Shown here: positions 37,993 through 47,149 of the stretch, one piece after another
Layout: the number at the start of each line of letters is the position of its first letter
Numbering within the stretch: position 1 is the first letter of the stretch
Origin: an uncultured Schleiferiaceae bacterium
Lineage (GTDB): Bacteria > Bacteroidota > Bacteroidia > Flavobacteriales > Schleiferiaceae
Direction of reading: 5' to 3'
Assembly (NCBI GenBank): GCA_965656315.1
Contig: CBFHKC010000006.1
Location: 23,481 to 87,480 of the forward strand
DNA length: 64,000 nt
Position numbers and translations under genes: made by a program
The notes under the pieces: model-generated
What the model was told of the DNA's origin: nothing
Databases searched by the model: none
The model's input: only the letters and a program-made list of their open reading frames with translations

Positions 37993-39267
37993 TTATTTTT
38001 TAATCCATTCAAAGCCAGTGTAAGGCACTAACGCTGCAGGGATCTTAATACCGTCTTCGGTTTGGTGGTTTTCCAAAAGTGAAGCTAAAACACGTGGCAA
38101 GGCCATTGCGGACCCGTTGAGGGTATGGCAAAGTTGTGTCTTTCCGTCTGCGTCACGGTAGCGTAGCTTTAGACGGTTGGCTTGGAAGGTTTCGAAATTG
38201 GAAACAGAACTAACCTCTAACCAACGCTCTTGAGCTGCGCTATACACTTCAAAATCATAGGTTAATGCAGAGGTGAATCCAGCATCACCACCGCATAGGC
38301 GAAGAATGCGGTACGGAAGTTCGAGTTTGTCCAAGAGGCTAGCTACGTGTGCAACCATCTCATCGAGAAGGGCGTACGAAGATTGTGCATCAGTGATGTT
38401 TACGATCTCAACTTTGTCAAACTGGTGCAATCGGTTCAGTCCGCGAACGTCTTTACCGTATGAACCAGCCTCTCGGCGGAAACATGGCGTGTAACCGGTA
38501 CTTTGAATAGGAAAATCCTTCGCATTGACGATCTCGCCTCTGAACATGTTTGTTACGGGCACCTCTGCAGTTGGAATGGCGTACAACCCGTCGATAGGCA
38601 TCTCGTACATTTGTCCTTCCTTGTCTGGAAGTTGACCCGTTCCGTAGCCAGAGTCTGCATTTACAAAGTGAGGTACCTGGTATTCGGTGTATCCTGCAGC
38701 GCGGTTTTCGTCCAAGAAGAAATTGATCATTGCGCGTTGTAAACGTGCGCCTTGATTAACATAAACAGGGAAGCCTGCTCCCGTGATTTTTACACCTAAT
38801 TCGAAGTTGATCAGGTTGTAGTCATCGGCCAATTCCCAGTGTGGTTTCGCGCCCTCATGCAAGGTTGGGATCTCTCCCTTGCGCTCTACTTCCTCGTTGT
38901 CTTTTTCATCTTTCCCTGCCTTGACACTTTCGTGCGGTACATTCGGTAGGCTAAGAAGTAACTCGTGTTCCTTTTCCTCAAATGCAGTTACTTGTTCAGC
39001 GAGGTCCTTGATTTCTTGCTTGAGTACACCAGTTTCTTCTTTGAGCGATTGAGCTTCAGCTCCTTTTCCGCTCTTAAATAACTGGCCAATTTCTTTTGCC
39101 AACGCATTGCTTTTCGCCTGACGTTCTTCCATCTCGTGGCGGATCTTTCTGCGGTCTGCATCTATGGCGATCAAAGCGTCTACGGTAGCAGTCGCATCGA
39201 TGCCTCTTTTCTTCAAGCCTTCAATGATTTCTTCTGGGGCTGTTCTGATTCGCTGGATTTGCAGCAT
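37993..39267 (-). CDS. serS: seryl-tRNA synthetase
   Basis: It has an N-terminal coiled-coil arm and class II motifs (FRREAGSYGKDVRGLNRLHQFDKVE, GSAMALPRVLASLLENHQ). Confidence 0.95.
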   Translation of the reverse strand: MLQIQRIRTAPEEIIEGLKKRGIDATATVDALIAIDADRRKIRHEMEERQAKSNALAKEIGQLFKSGKGAEAQSLKEETGVLKQEIKDLAEQVTAFEEKEHELLLSLPNVPHESVKAGKDEKDNEEVERKGEIPTLHEGAKPHWELADDYNLINFELGVKITGAGFPVYVNQGARLQRAMINFFLDENRAAGYTEYQVPHFVNADSGYGTGQLPDKEGQMYEMPIDGLYAIPTAEVPVTNMFRGEIVNAKDFPIQSTGYTPCFRREAGSYGKDVRGLNRLHQFDKVEIVNITDAQSSYALLDEMVAHVASLLDKLELPYRILRLCGGDAGFTSALTYDFEVYSAAQERWLEVSSVSNFETFQANRLKLRYRDADGKTQLCHTLNGSAMALPRVLASLLENHQTEDGIKIPAALVPYTGFEWIKK

Positions 39268-39288
39268 GGTACTAGTATGTTGTTGGGT

Positions 39289-39522
39289 TTAGGCCTCGAT
39301 GGCAATCACGCGCTCTATTTCTGGCGCATATTTCTTAACGGTAGTTTCAATACCTCCTTTGAGCGTGAAGTCACTTACTTTACAGCCGACACATGCACCG
39401 TGAAATTTAACTTCCACTGTGGCTCCATCGATGCGCTCGAGGCTCACGTCTCCACCGTCATTGGCGAGAAACGGACGTACCTCGTCGAGTGCTTTTTCTA
39501 TTCGTTCTTGTAGTGTGCTCAC
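39289..39522 (-). CDS. NifU-like (C-terminal NifU domain) Fe-S cluster protein
   Basis: It carries DGGDV..V.F.GACVGC, the CxxC motif. It is 77 aa with a GTG start and lies next to the mrp-like gene. Confidence 0.8.
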   Translation of the reverse strand: MSTLQERIEKALDEVRPFLANDGGDVSLERIDGATVEVKFHGACVGCKVSDFTLKGGIETTVKKYAPEIERVIAIEA

Positions 39523-39525
39523 GCG

Positions 39526-40659
39526 TTATTTCTTTTTAGGCGAACATCCTGCCATCGTTGTGATTCTCACAAATTCGGTAGGCGGGAGGTTCTCGTTGCG
39601 ATCTGCAACTTCGCTTACAATATTACGAGCGATTTCTTCAAAAGCCAACGGTATTCCCGTTCCTTCTTGCAAAGCTGCAGGACGGCCAACATCACCGGCT
39701 TCACGGATGCTTTGTACGAGTGGTAATTCACCTAAAAAAGGTACATCCATCGTCTTTGCAAGCTGACGGGCACCTTCTTTTCCAAAGAGGTAGTATTTAT
39801 TTTCAGGAAGCTCTGGCGGTGTGAAGTAGCTCATGTTTTCTAATATTCCCAGCACAGGAACATTGATTTGTTCCATCTTAAACATAGCGACTCCTTTGCG
39901 TGCATCAGCAAGAGCGACTTTTTGTGGCGTGCTCACTACTACAGCTCCAGTCACTGGTACATTTTGTACCATACTGAGGTGAATATCACCCGTTCCTGGA
40001 GGCAGGTCGATCAACAAAAAGTCCAACTCGCCCCAATGCGTGTCGTGAATCATCTGGGTTAATGCCTTGGTCGCCATTGCCCCTCGCCAAACCACAGCTT
40101 GGTCCATGTTCGCAAAGAATCCAATCGACATGACTTTTACCCCATATCCTTCAACAGGCCCCATTTTGTTCTTGCCGTCTACATGTACCGTCAGTGGTTT
40201 TGCATGCTGGATATCGAACATGATGGGTGCTGACGGGCCGTAAATATCCGCGTCTATCAACCCCACTTTAAAGCCCATTTTGTGAAGCGTTACAGCTAGG
40301 TTTGCGGTCACGGTGCTCTTTCCAACGCCGCCCTTACCGGAAGCCACTGCGATGATGTTTTGAACACCGGGAATCGCAGCCCCCTTGATGACATTGTCTG
40401 CCACCTCTTTCGCTTTCTTTTCACTGACGGTCACATTCACAGTCACCTTCGCTTTTTCGTGCACTTTATCGTGGATGGCCTTCATGATATCGACCTCCAA
40501 TTTTTTCTTTGCCTGAAGTGTCGGGCTAATGCTTTCAGCGTCCACAATCACTTCGTCTCCGAAGATTTGAATGTTGCGAACAAGACCTGCTGCCACGATG
40601 TTTTTCTCAGTACTATTGCCGACGCTTTCGAGTGCGGACTGGATGTCAGATTTTTTCAT
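39526..40659 (-). CDS. Mrp/NBP35/ApbC-family iron-sulfur cluster carrier ATPase
   Basis: It carries the deviant Walker A IAVASGKGGVGKSTV and LLIDLPPGTGD. The start was trimmed to ATG 40659 because the longer ORF would run into the promoter box. Confidence 0.9.
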   Translation of the reverse strand: MKKSDIQSALESVGNSTEKNIVAAGLVRNIQIFGDEVIVDAESISPTLQAKKKLEVDIMKAIHDKVHEKAKVTVNVTVSEKKAKEVADNVIKGAAIPGVQNIIAVASGKGGVGKSTVTANLAVTLHKMGFKVGLIDADIYGPSAPIMFDIQHAKPLTVHVDGKNKMGPVEGYGVKVMSIGFFANMDQAVVWRGAMATKALTQMIHDTHWGELDFLLIDLPPGTGDIHLSMVQNVPVTGAVVVSTPQKVALADARKGVAMFKMEQINVPVLGILENMSYFTPPELPENKYYLFGKEGARQLAKTMDVPFLGELPLVQSIREAGDVGRPAALQEGTGIPLAFEEIARNIVSEVADRNENLPPTEFVRITTMAGCSPKKK

Positions 40660-40677
40660 TTGAAAAGAATTGAGTTG

Positions 40678-40685
40678 CAAAAATA
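40678..40685 (-). promoter_or_regulatory. -7 promoter box (TATTTTTG) for the mrp-led gene string
   Basis: The minus strand reads TATTTTTG, a match to TAnnTTTG, 18 nt upstream of ATG 40659. Confidence 0.5.
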
Positions 40686-40718
40686 ATAACCACTACTTTC
40701 ACGGAACGTTCAAATGTT

Positions 40719-41804
40719 ATGGATTCTACTACAAGCTTGTTTTTAACAGGGGCTACGGGCCAATTAGGTTCTTTTATCCTAGCAGAATTCCTGGGATATG
40801 GCGCAAATCCCGCTTTTTCGGGCCCAATTTTTTGTTCAAAACGTCCTGAAAGTACTTTTCGCCAGCTGCATCTCACAGCAGAATTCCTCGGACTAGAAGC
40901 CCAAGCTTTGAGCGCTCATCCTCAGGTTCATTTTCTCGACCTCGACCTCGGCGACAGCATCTACTCTCAGCAGCAACTTCAAGCGTATTGCAGGGAGCAC
41001 CAACTGCCGCTTCCTCGAGCGATACTGCATGCAGCGGCCAACATCAACATCAGTCCCACCTCTAGTGGTCCTTCGGTGTCTAACGTCACACTAGTCAATG
41101 AGATGCTCCTGCTTGCAGAGTTGTTGGAGTGCGAACACTTCACTCATATTAGTTCCATTGCCGTCATGGGCGGAGTGGAACCCCTTGGCGAAGAAGAGAC
41201 CTTACTTCCTGAACACTTTCAACCAAACCGCTCGAAATCGAGTGTGAGCGCCTATGCGTTGGGTAAGATGGGGAGTGAGCTCGCCGTATGGCGTGCTGCA
41301 TCAAGCGGGCAGAGCGTAAGTATTGTTCGTCCTGGAGTAATTCTCGGTGTTGGCGCCAAGTCTTCTATTCCGCAAGAGTTGTGGCGTCGAATCTATGACG
41401 CTAAACTTCCCTTTACTACAGACGGAATGACTGGAGTGGTGGACGTGCGCGATGTTGCTGAAATCGCGGTGCGCATGCATTCCAGCCGTGAAGAAGGACC
41501 TGCAGTGGCGGTCAGTGCAAACCTTATGTTTAATACCTTACAAGAGGCTATGGCGGTTGCGCTAGGGTTGAAGCGATCTTTTCGTTTTTTACCTCGTGAC
41601 CCTTGGTTGGAAAGAATGCGTAAAGTGAACTATCTCTCGAAGCTTCCGATAATTGGCCAATACTTTACTCCACAGATGCGCATCATGTTGTTTTCTCGAA
41701 CGAGTTATGACGGCACGAGCGGTGCCAAGCATTTGGTGAAAGGCTACCGCGATAGTTCTACCACGATCAATGAATGTGGGGCGTTCCTTAAAAAGATATT
41801 TTAG
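40719..41804 (+). CDS. NAD(P)-dependent epimerase/dehydratase-family (extended SDR) protein
   Basis: It has an N-terminal Rossmann motif LFLTGATGQLGSFI and is 361 aa long. I cannot tell the substrate. Confidence 0.6.
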   Translation: MDSTTSLFLTGATGQLGSFILAEFLGYGANPAFSGPIFCSKRPESTFRQLHLTAEFLGLEAQALSAHPQVHFLDLDLGDSIYSQQQLQAYCREHQLPLPRAILHAAANINISPTSSGPSVSNVTLVNEMLLLAELLECEHFTHISSIAVMGGVEPLGEEETLLPEHFQPNRSKSSVSAYALGKMGSELAVWRAASSGQSVSIVRPGVILGVGAKSSIPQELWRRIYDAKLPFTTDGMTGVVDVRDVAEIAVRMHSSREEGPAVAVSANLMFNTLQEAMAVALGLKRSFRFLPRDPWLERMRKVNYLSKLPIIGQYFTPQMRIMLFSRTSYDGTSGAKHLVKGYRDSSTTINECGAFLKKIF

Positions 41805-41832
41805 GCCCGGCGTTGATATGTAGGGTAACGAC

Positions 41833-41865
41833 AAAAAACCCGCACCTTCAAGAAGATGCGGGTTT
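41833..41865. terminator. bidirectional rho-independent terminator
   Basis: An A6 run is followed by the stem CCCGCA/TGCGGG with a 12-nt loop and then TTT. It lies between convergent stops at 41804 (+) and 41889 (-). Confidence 0.7.
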
Positions 41866-41888
41866 CGATAGAGTCTAAAACAGTCTAC

Positions 41889-42146
41889 TTATGCGTTAGG
41901 AACAACGCTTACGTATGACTTGTTATCTTTTTTCTTGCGGAATTCTACTTTACCGTCTGCAAGAGCGAAGAGTGTGTGGTCTTTCCCTACACCTACGTTC
42001 TCACCAGCATTGTGTTTTGTACCACGCTGACGTACGATAATGTTTCCTGCGATAGCTTCTTGACCACCAAAAATTTTGATACCCAAGCGCTTACTTTGTG
42101 ATTCACGTCCGTTTTTCGAACTACCGACACCTTTTTTGTGAGCCAT
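41889..42146 (-). CDS. rpmA: 50S ribosomal protein L27
   Basis: [24 protein letters not shown] is the canonical L27 N-terminus. Confidence 0.95.
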   Translation of the reverse strand: MAHKKGVGSSKNGRESQSKRLGIKIFGGQEAIAGNIIVRQRGTKHNAGENVGVGKDHTLFALADGKVEFRKKKDNKSYVSVVPNA

Positions 42147-42159
42147 CTTCTATTCGTTT

Positions 42160-42528
42160 TTATTCGGCAGAATCTGCTTCAGCTTTTTTAGGCGCTGCCT
42201 TCTTAGCTGGTGCTTTCTTACCGGTGATTTTGTTAATAGTAATGGAAGTGAAGATCTGGCGGTGACCATTCATTTTCTGGTAACCTTTTCTGCGCTTCTT
42301 CTTGAAAACAAGAACTTTATCGCTTTTTACTTCACCATTGACAGTAGCTTCTACTTTAGCTCCGTCTATAACTGGGGCGCCAACCTGAACTTTACCGTTG
42401 TCGTCGATCAAAAGGACACGGTCAAATTTAACCTTGCCACCTTCTTCAACGTTCAAGCGGTTTACGTACAAGCGTTGGTCTTTCTCAACTTTGTATTGAA
42501 GCCCTGCTATCTCTACAATTGCGTACAT
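42160..42528 (-). CDS. rplU: 50S ribosomal protein L21 with a Lys/Ala-rich C-terminal tail
   Basis: MYAIVEIAGLQYKVEKDQRLYV is the canonical L21 N-terminus. The start was trimmed to ATG 42528. The C-terminal tail is KKAPAKKAAPKKAEADSAE. Confidence 0.9.
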   Translation of the reverse strand: MYAIVEIAGLQYKVEKDQRLYVNRLNVEEGGKVKFDRVLLIDDNGKVQVGAPVIDGAKVEATVNGEVKSDKVLVFKKKRRKGYQKMNGHRQIFTSITINKITGKKAPAKKAAPKKAEADSAE

Positions 42529-42550
42529 TATACATGATTTTAATGGGGTG

Positions 42551-42558
42551 CAAATATA
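42551..42558 (-). promoter_or_regulatory. -7 promoter box (TATATTTG) for rplU-rpmA
   Basis: The minus strand reads TATATTTG, 22 nt upstream of the rplU ATG. A TTTG lies 18 nt further upstream in a -33-like position. Confidence 0.55.
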
Positions 42559-42646
42559 GAACAAGTGTTTTAATAACAAAGCGTTAAAAGAATCTAGTTT
42601 TCAAAAATGTCTGTGAAAGGATGCCGTTTGAGCCCTAGATGACTTG

Positions 42647-42654
42647 TATATTTG
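42647..42654 (+). promoter_or_regulatory. -7 promoter box (TATATTTG) for the M16 peptidase pair
   Basis: TATATTTG lies 24 nt upstream of ATG 42679. The listed TTG start at 42652 lies inside this box, which argues for the ATG. Confidence 0.5.
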
Positions 42655-42678
42655 GCAGGATATCCAAAAAAACGAAGC

Positions 42679-44007
42679 ATGAAAAAACATATCATGTTGG
42701 GTGCACTGCTGCTTTCAGGAGCATTGAGCGCTCAAAATCAAATTCAGTTTGAGGAATACGACTTGGACAATGGCCTCCACGTTATTCTTCACGAAGACCA
42801 TAGCACGCCTATCGCTGCTGTAACCGTTCTATACCACGTAGGAAGTAAAAATGAGGACACGAGCCGTACTGGTTTCGCACACTTCTTTGAACACCTCCTT
42901 TTTGAAGGTTCAGAAAATATCGAGCGCGGTGAGTTTGACAGTTACGTAACAAATGCTGGTGGTGCGCTGAATGCGAACACATCACAGGATCGTACTTTTT
43001 ATTACGAGTTGTTGCCATCGAATCAGATGGAATTGGGCTTGTGGTTAGAGAGCGAGCGTATGTTGCATGCAAACATCCAGCAGATCGGTGTGGAAACGCA
43101 GCGTGAAGTAGTGAAAGAAGAGAAGCGTCAGCGTGTGGACAACCAGCCTTATGGTTCATGGTTGGAGAACATGATGAAACGTCTTTACACGGAGCATCCT
43201 TATAATTGGGTACCTATCGGTTCTATGGAGCATTTGAATGCTGCCCAATTAAGCGAGTTCATGGACTTCTACAAAAAATTCTATGTACCTAACAACGCTA
43301 CATTGAGTATCGCTGGGGACATCGACATCGAAGAAACGAAGAAATTGATCGAAGGGTACTTCGGCACGATCCCGCGTGGCGCAGATGTAATTCAGCCTAC
43401 TATTCAAGAACCAGCTTTAGGTGGCGAGAAAACAGCTACGATTTATGACAACATTCAGTTGCCAGCGGTCATGATGGGGTACCGCATGCCTCCACAAACC
43501 TCTGACGATGCTTATGCATTGCAAATGGCGAGCTCGGTTTTGAGTGGTGGCCCTTCTTCTAGAATGTACAAGCGTTTGGTAGATCAAGATCAAACCGCAC
43601 TACAGGTATTCTCGTTCCCCTTCTCCTTAGAGCAAGGTGGCGCATTCATCACATTCTCTTTGGCAAATGCTGGTAAGACGATTGATGATATGGTGCCAGG
43701 TTTGGAAGAGGAGATCGCAAAACTTCAAAATGAATTGATTTCAGAGCGCGAATTCCAGAAGATTCAGAACCAGATGGAGAGCAGCTTTATCCAGTCGAAT
43801 TCAAAAATGGCAGGTATCGCTGAATCCTTAGCAGATTACCACACCTACTACGGTGATGCCAACCTTATCAACACGGAGATCGACCGTTACCGCAAAGTAA
43901 CTCGTGAAGACATCCAGCGTGTTGCGAAGAAGTATTTAGTGAAGGACAACCGCGTGGTATTGCGCTACCTTCCTAAGAGTGAAGAACCAACTGCATCAGC
44001 AGAATAA
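42679..44007 (+). CDS. M16-family zinc peptidase, catalytic-type subunit, secreted
   Basis: It has the signal peptide MKKHIMLGALLLSGALSAQ and the HxxEH motif in GFAHFFEHLLFEGS. Confidence 0.85.
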   Translation: MKKHIMLGALLLSGALSAQNQIQFEEYDLDNGLHVILHEDHSTPIAAVTVLYHVGSKNEDTSRTGFAHFFEHLLFEGSENIERGEFDSYVTNAGGALNANTSQDRTFYYELLPSNQMELGLWLESERMLHANIQQIGVETQREVVKEEKRQRVDNQPYGSWLENMMKRLYTEHPYNWVPIGSMEHLNAAQLSEFMDFYKKFYVPNNATLSIAGDIDIEETKKLIEGYFGTIPRGADVIQPTIQEPALGGEKTATIYDNIQLPAVMMGYRMPPQTSDDAYALQMASSVLSGGPSSRMYKRLVDQDQTALQVFSFPFSLEQGGAFITFSLANAGKTIDDMVPGLEEEIAKLQNELISEREFQKIQNQMESSFIQSNSKMAGIAESLADYHTYYGDANLINTEIDRYRKVTREDIQRVAKKYLVKDNRVVLRYLPKSEEPTASAE

Positions 44008-44016
44008 GCAGAGCAC

Positions 44017-46080
44017 ATGAAAAAGTACATTTATTCTTTTATCGCCCTGTTCGCAGCCTTCACTATGGCTGCCCAAGGCACTATTGATCGTTCTACCGCA
44101 CCAACTCCTGGTCCGGCAAGAACTCCAGAGATTGCATCTTACGAGAGCTTCGAACTTAAAAATGGTTTGAAAGTTTTCGTTGTTGAAGATCACAAACTAC
44201 CGCGCGTTTCCATGTCGCTTATCATCGATCGCGACCCGATTGTTGAGGGTGCAAAAGCAGGTTATGTAAGCATAGCTGGTGATTTACTCGGTGCGGGTAC
44301 TACTACGAAGACCAAAGCAGAACTTGATGAAGAGGTAGATTTCATGGGCGCACGTTTCTCAACGTCTGCAAATGGCATCTCTTTAGGTGGTCTAAGTAAA
44401 TACACGGATAACCTTATCGGCCTCCTTTCTGAGACTGTTTTGAATCCATCATTTCCTGAAGACGAATTTGAGAAATTGAAATCTCAAATGTTGTCTGGAT
44501 TACAGGCGAATGCGGACGATCCAGATGCAATTTCAGGTACGCTAAAAGGATCTACCCTGTATGGTTTAGATCACCCTTATGGAGAGAGCATGACCGAAGC
44601 TACTGTTGAGGCAGTAACTTTAGAGGATTGTAAGAACTACTTCAACACTTACTTCCGTCCAAACATTGCTTACATGGTGGTGATTGGTGATATCACGGTT
44701 AAGGATGCTAAAAAGAAGTTGAAAAAAGCATTGAAAAAATGGGAGGCGGCAGACGTTCCTTCACACAACTATGAGAAAACGTCATTGCCTGCAGCACCGC
44801 GCGTAGTGATGGTAGACAAACCTTCGGCTGTTCAATCTGTGGTTTGGTTAGGTAACGTGATCGACCTACCACATGGTCATAAAGACATCCTTCCATTACG
44901 TGTAGCTAATCAGATCCTTGGTGGCGGTATGTCAGGACGCTTGTTCACGAACTTACGCGAGGACAAAGCATTCACTTATGGTGCATATTCTAGCTTCGGT
45001 GTAGACGAGCTCAATGCTACTTTCGGTGCTTCTGCAAAGGTTCGTAACAACGTAACTGATTCAGCAATTGTTGAATTCTTGTATGAACTGAACCGCATGC
45101 GCACAGAGGCTGTAACTGAAGATGATCTCATCGCTGCAAAAGCGAGTCTGAGTGGATCTTTTGGTCGCTCTTTAGAAAGCACTTCTAGTGCGGCAACATT
45201 CGCATTGAACATCGCACGTTACGGTTTACCTGCAGATTACTACAACAGCTACTTAAGCCGTTTGGAAGCTGTTACAGCGGATGATGTGATGCGTGTTGCA
45301 AAAGAGTACATGCGCACAGACAAGGTAACCATCACAGTAGTGGGTAAGGCTCAAGATGTAGCTAGTAAGTTGAGCGCGTTTGGAGAGGTTGAGTACTTCG
45401 ACAATAACGGCGAGGCGACAGATGCTCCTACCTTTTTGTTTACTCCAGAAGGGGTGACGTTAGAGACGGTCTTGAACGGATACTTTGAAGCATTAGGTGG
45501 GATTGAGAAGCTCGAAGCACTTACGGCGATCGATCAACAAGCGAGCATTGCAATTCCTGGAATGCCAGGTAACTTAAGCATGCGTACTGCTAAAATGACT
45601 CCAAACAAATTCATGATGGAGCAGTCTATGCAAGGAATGACCGTAATGAAAATGGTTTATAAAGACGGTAAAGGCGAGCGCAGTGGAATGCAAGGTGCTG
45701 GAGCGGTTGAAGGAGATGAATTGGAAGAGTTGAAGGAACAAGCAGCATTCGTTGTAGATGAATTGGCTTGGTTGAAAAATTTGGAAGATTTCACTTTTGA
45801 CGGTCAAACGTTGATTGACGGTAAGGATGTTTACCAAGTGTCTAAAGAAGACAAAACCTACTACTTTGATGTAGCTACTGGATTGTTCTTCAAGAGCACC
45901 GAAACTCAAGAAACACCACAAGGCGAGATGGCTGTTTCCACAACCGTTCGTGAGTGGCAAGAGATTGATGGAGTGAAGTTCCAGAAAGTGGTTGAGCAGA
46001 GTGCTGGACCGCAGGCGTTCACCATCACAGTTGAAAGCATCAAACTAAACGACGAGGTAAAAGGATCGGTTTTTAAGTAA
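44017..46080 (+). CDS. M16-family peptidase-like subunit (no HxxEH seen) with a C-terminal extension of about 230 aa
   Basis: It has a signal peptide and M16 N/C-domain-like sequence, but I found no HxxEH motif. An extra C-terminal region (about nt 45380-46077) contains a Met-rich stretch. It starts 9 nt after the partner gene. Confidence 0.75.
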   Translation: MKKYIYSFIALFAAFTMAAQGTIDRSTAPTPGPARTPEIASYESFELKNGLKVFVVEDHKLPRVSMSLIIDRDPIVEGAKAGYVSIAGDLLGAGTTTKTKAELDEEVDFMGARFSTSANGISLGGLSKYTDNLIGLLSETVLNPSFPEDEFEKLKSQMLSGLQANADDPDAISGTLKGSTLYGLDHPYGESMTEATVEAVTLEDCKNYFNTYFRPNIAYMVVIGDITVKDAKKKLKKALKKWEAADVPSHNYEKTSLPAAPRVVMVDKPSAVQSVVWLGNVIDLPHGHKDILPLRVANQILGGGMSGRLFTNLREDKAFTYGAYSSFGVDELNATFGASAKVRNNVTDSAIVEFLYELNRMRTEAVTEDDLIAAKASLSGSFGRSLESTSSAATFALNIARYGLPADYYNSYLSRLEAVTADDVMRVAKEYMRTDKVTITVVGKAQDVASKLSAFGEVEYFDNNGEATDAPTFLFTPEGVTLETVLNGYFEALGGIEKLEALTAIDQQASIAIPGMPGNLSMRTAKMTPNKFMMEQSMQGMTVMKMVYKDGKGERSGMQGAGAVEGDELEELKEQAAFVVDELAWLKNLEDFTFDGQTLIDGKDVYQVSKEDKTYYFDVATGLFFKSTETQETPQGEMAVSTTVREWQEIDGVKFQKVVEQSAGPQAFTITVESIKLNDEVKGSVFK

Positions 46081-46110
46081 GCCATTGACCCGAACACCAC
46101 GGAAATAACA

Positions 46111-46146
46111 AATCCCCACGGCTTGCGAGCGGTGGGGATTTTTTTT
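46111..46146 (+). terminator. rho-independent terminator
   Basis: A perfect 9-bp stem AATCCCCAC/GTGGGGATT has a 12-nt loop and is followed by a T-run (TTTTTTTT). Confidence 0.85.
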
Positions 46147-46174
46147 GTTTCAACCTTGCTTTGGATAATTGTGC

Positions 46175-47077
46175 TTACTTACGCTTGTTCACGAGATAAA
46201 TTCCAGTGACGATAATGCCGAGCCCTAGAAGGTGGTTCCACAAAATCTGTTCGCCGTCCCAAATGCCCCAAAGAATGGCGACTACAGGAATAGCGTAGGT
46301 GACTGAAGAGGAGAAAAGCGCGGTGGTCATTTGGATCAATCGGTTGAACAAAATCACAGCGACTCCGCTTCCTATTACGCCTAAAACAGCAACATAGCCG
46401 AGGTTTGTCCAGGCGTTTGGATCTGTTTTGAAGACCTCAGTAACGCCGCTTGCAAGACTCACGCCGATGGTAAAAGGGGCGGCAGTAGCTAATGATAGTG
46501 TGGTTACAGTAACGGCTTTTAGATGTGGGAGTTTCATCTTCAATGTGTTCACAGAGGTGCCATACATTAGTGTAGCAAGTACTCCAAAGAGCCCATATCC
46601 GAGCTCACCCTCAATCTGAAATGCACCAATCAGCATGCTTTTGACTGGAAGGATAAGTACGGCAGCTCCGATGAGTCCTACGGCAACTCCTTGCCATTGG
46701 GTGCCGGTTGCCTTTTGTCCAAAAAACCAGCCTCCGATGAGTACCGTAAAAAGAGGAACAAGCGAGTTGATGATTCCTACAACGCCGCTATCGAGGTGGT
46801 TCACTGCTAGCGGAAATAGAACATAAGGAATTGCGTTGCCTAAGAAGCCTACAATGGCAAGGGCTGCAAGGTCCTTTCTGCGGAAGTGTTTAAAATGACG
46901 GAATCCGACAGCGGTCATGAATAAGGCAGCGATACTCACACGCATCGTTCCTACCTGAGTGTAGGTGAAACTTTGTAAGCCGCGTTTCATAAGGATGAAA
47001 GAAGAGCCCCAGATCATAGCGAGTGCGATGAACATAATCCAAGGAAGTGCAGGGTGATGAGTTTTGCTTTTATTCAT
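46175..47077 (-). CDS. EamA/DMT-family transporter
   Basis: It has about 10 TM segments with two EamA-like halves. The start was trimmed to ATG 47077 because the listed start is a TTG. Confidence 0.75.
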   Translation of the reverse strand: MNKSKTHHPALPWIMFIALAMIWGSSFILMKRGLQSFTYTQVGTMRVSIAALFMTAVGFRHFKHFRRKDLAALAIVGFLGNAIPYVLFPLAVNHLDSGVVGIINSLVPLFTVLIGGWFFGQKATGTQWQGVAVGLIGAAVLILPVKSMLIGAFQIEGELGYGLFGVLATLMYGTSVNTLKMKLPHLKAVTVTTLSLATAAPFTIGVSLASGVTEVFKTDPNAWTNLGYVAVLGVIGSGVAVILFNRLIQMTTALFSSSVTYAIPVVAILWGIWDGEQILWNHLLGLGIIVTGIYLVNKRK

Positions 47078-47123
47078 CCGGCAAAATTCTGACAATAAGA
47101 CGAATGAATCTCGTGTTAGTATG

Positions 47124-47131
47124 TAATTTTG
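47124..47131 (+). promoter_or_regulatory. -7 promoter box (TAATTTTG) for the HMA-ctaA pair
   Basis: TAATTTTG lies 18 nt upstream of ATG 47150. Confidence 0.5.
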
Positions 47132-47149
47132 TAGAAAATCTTACCGAGT

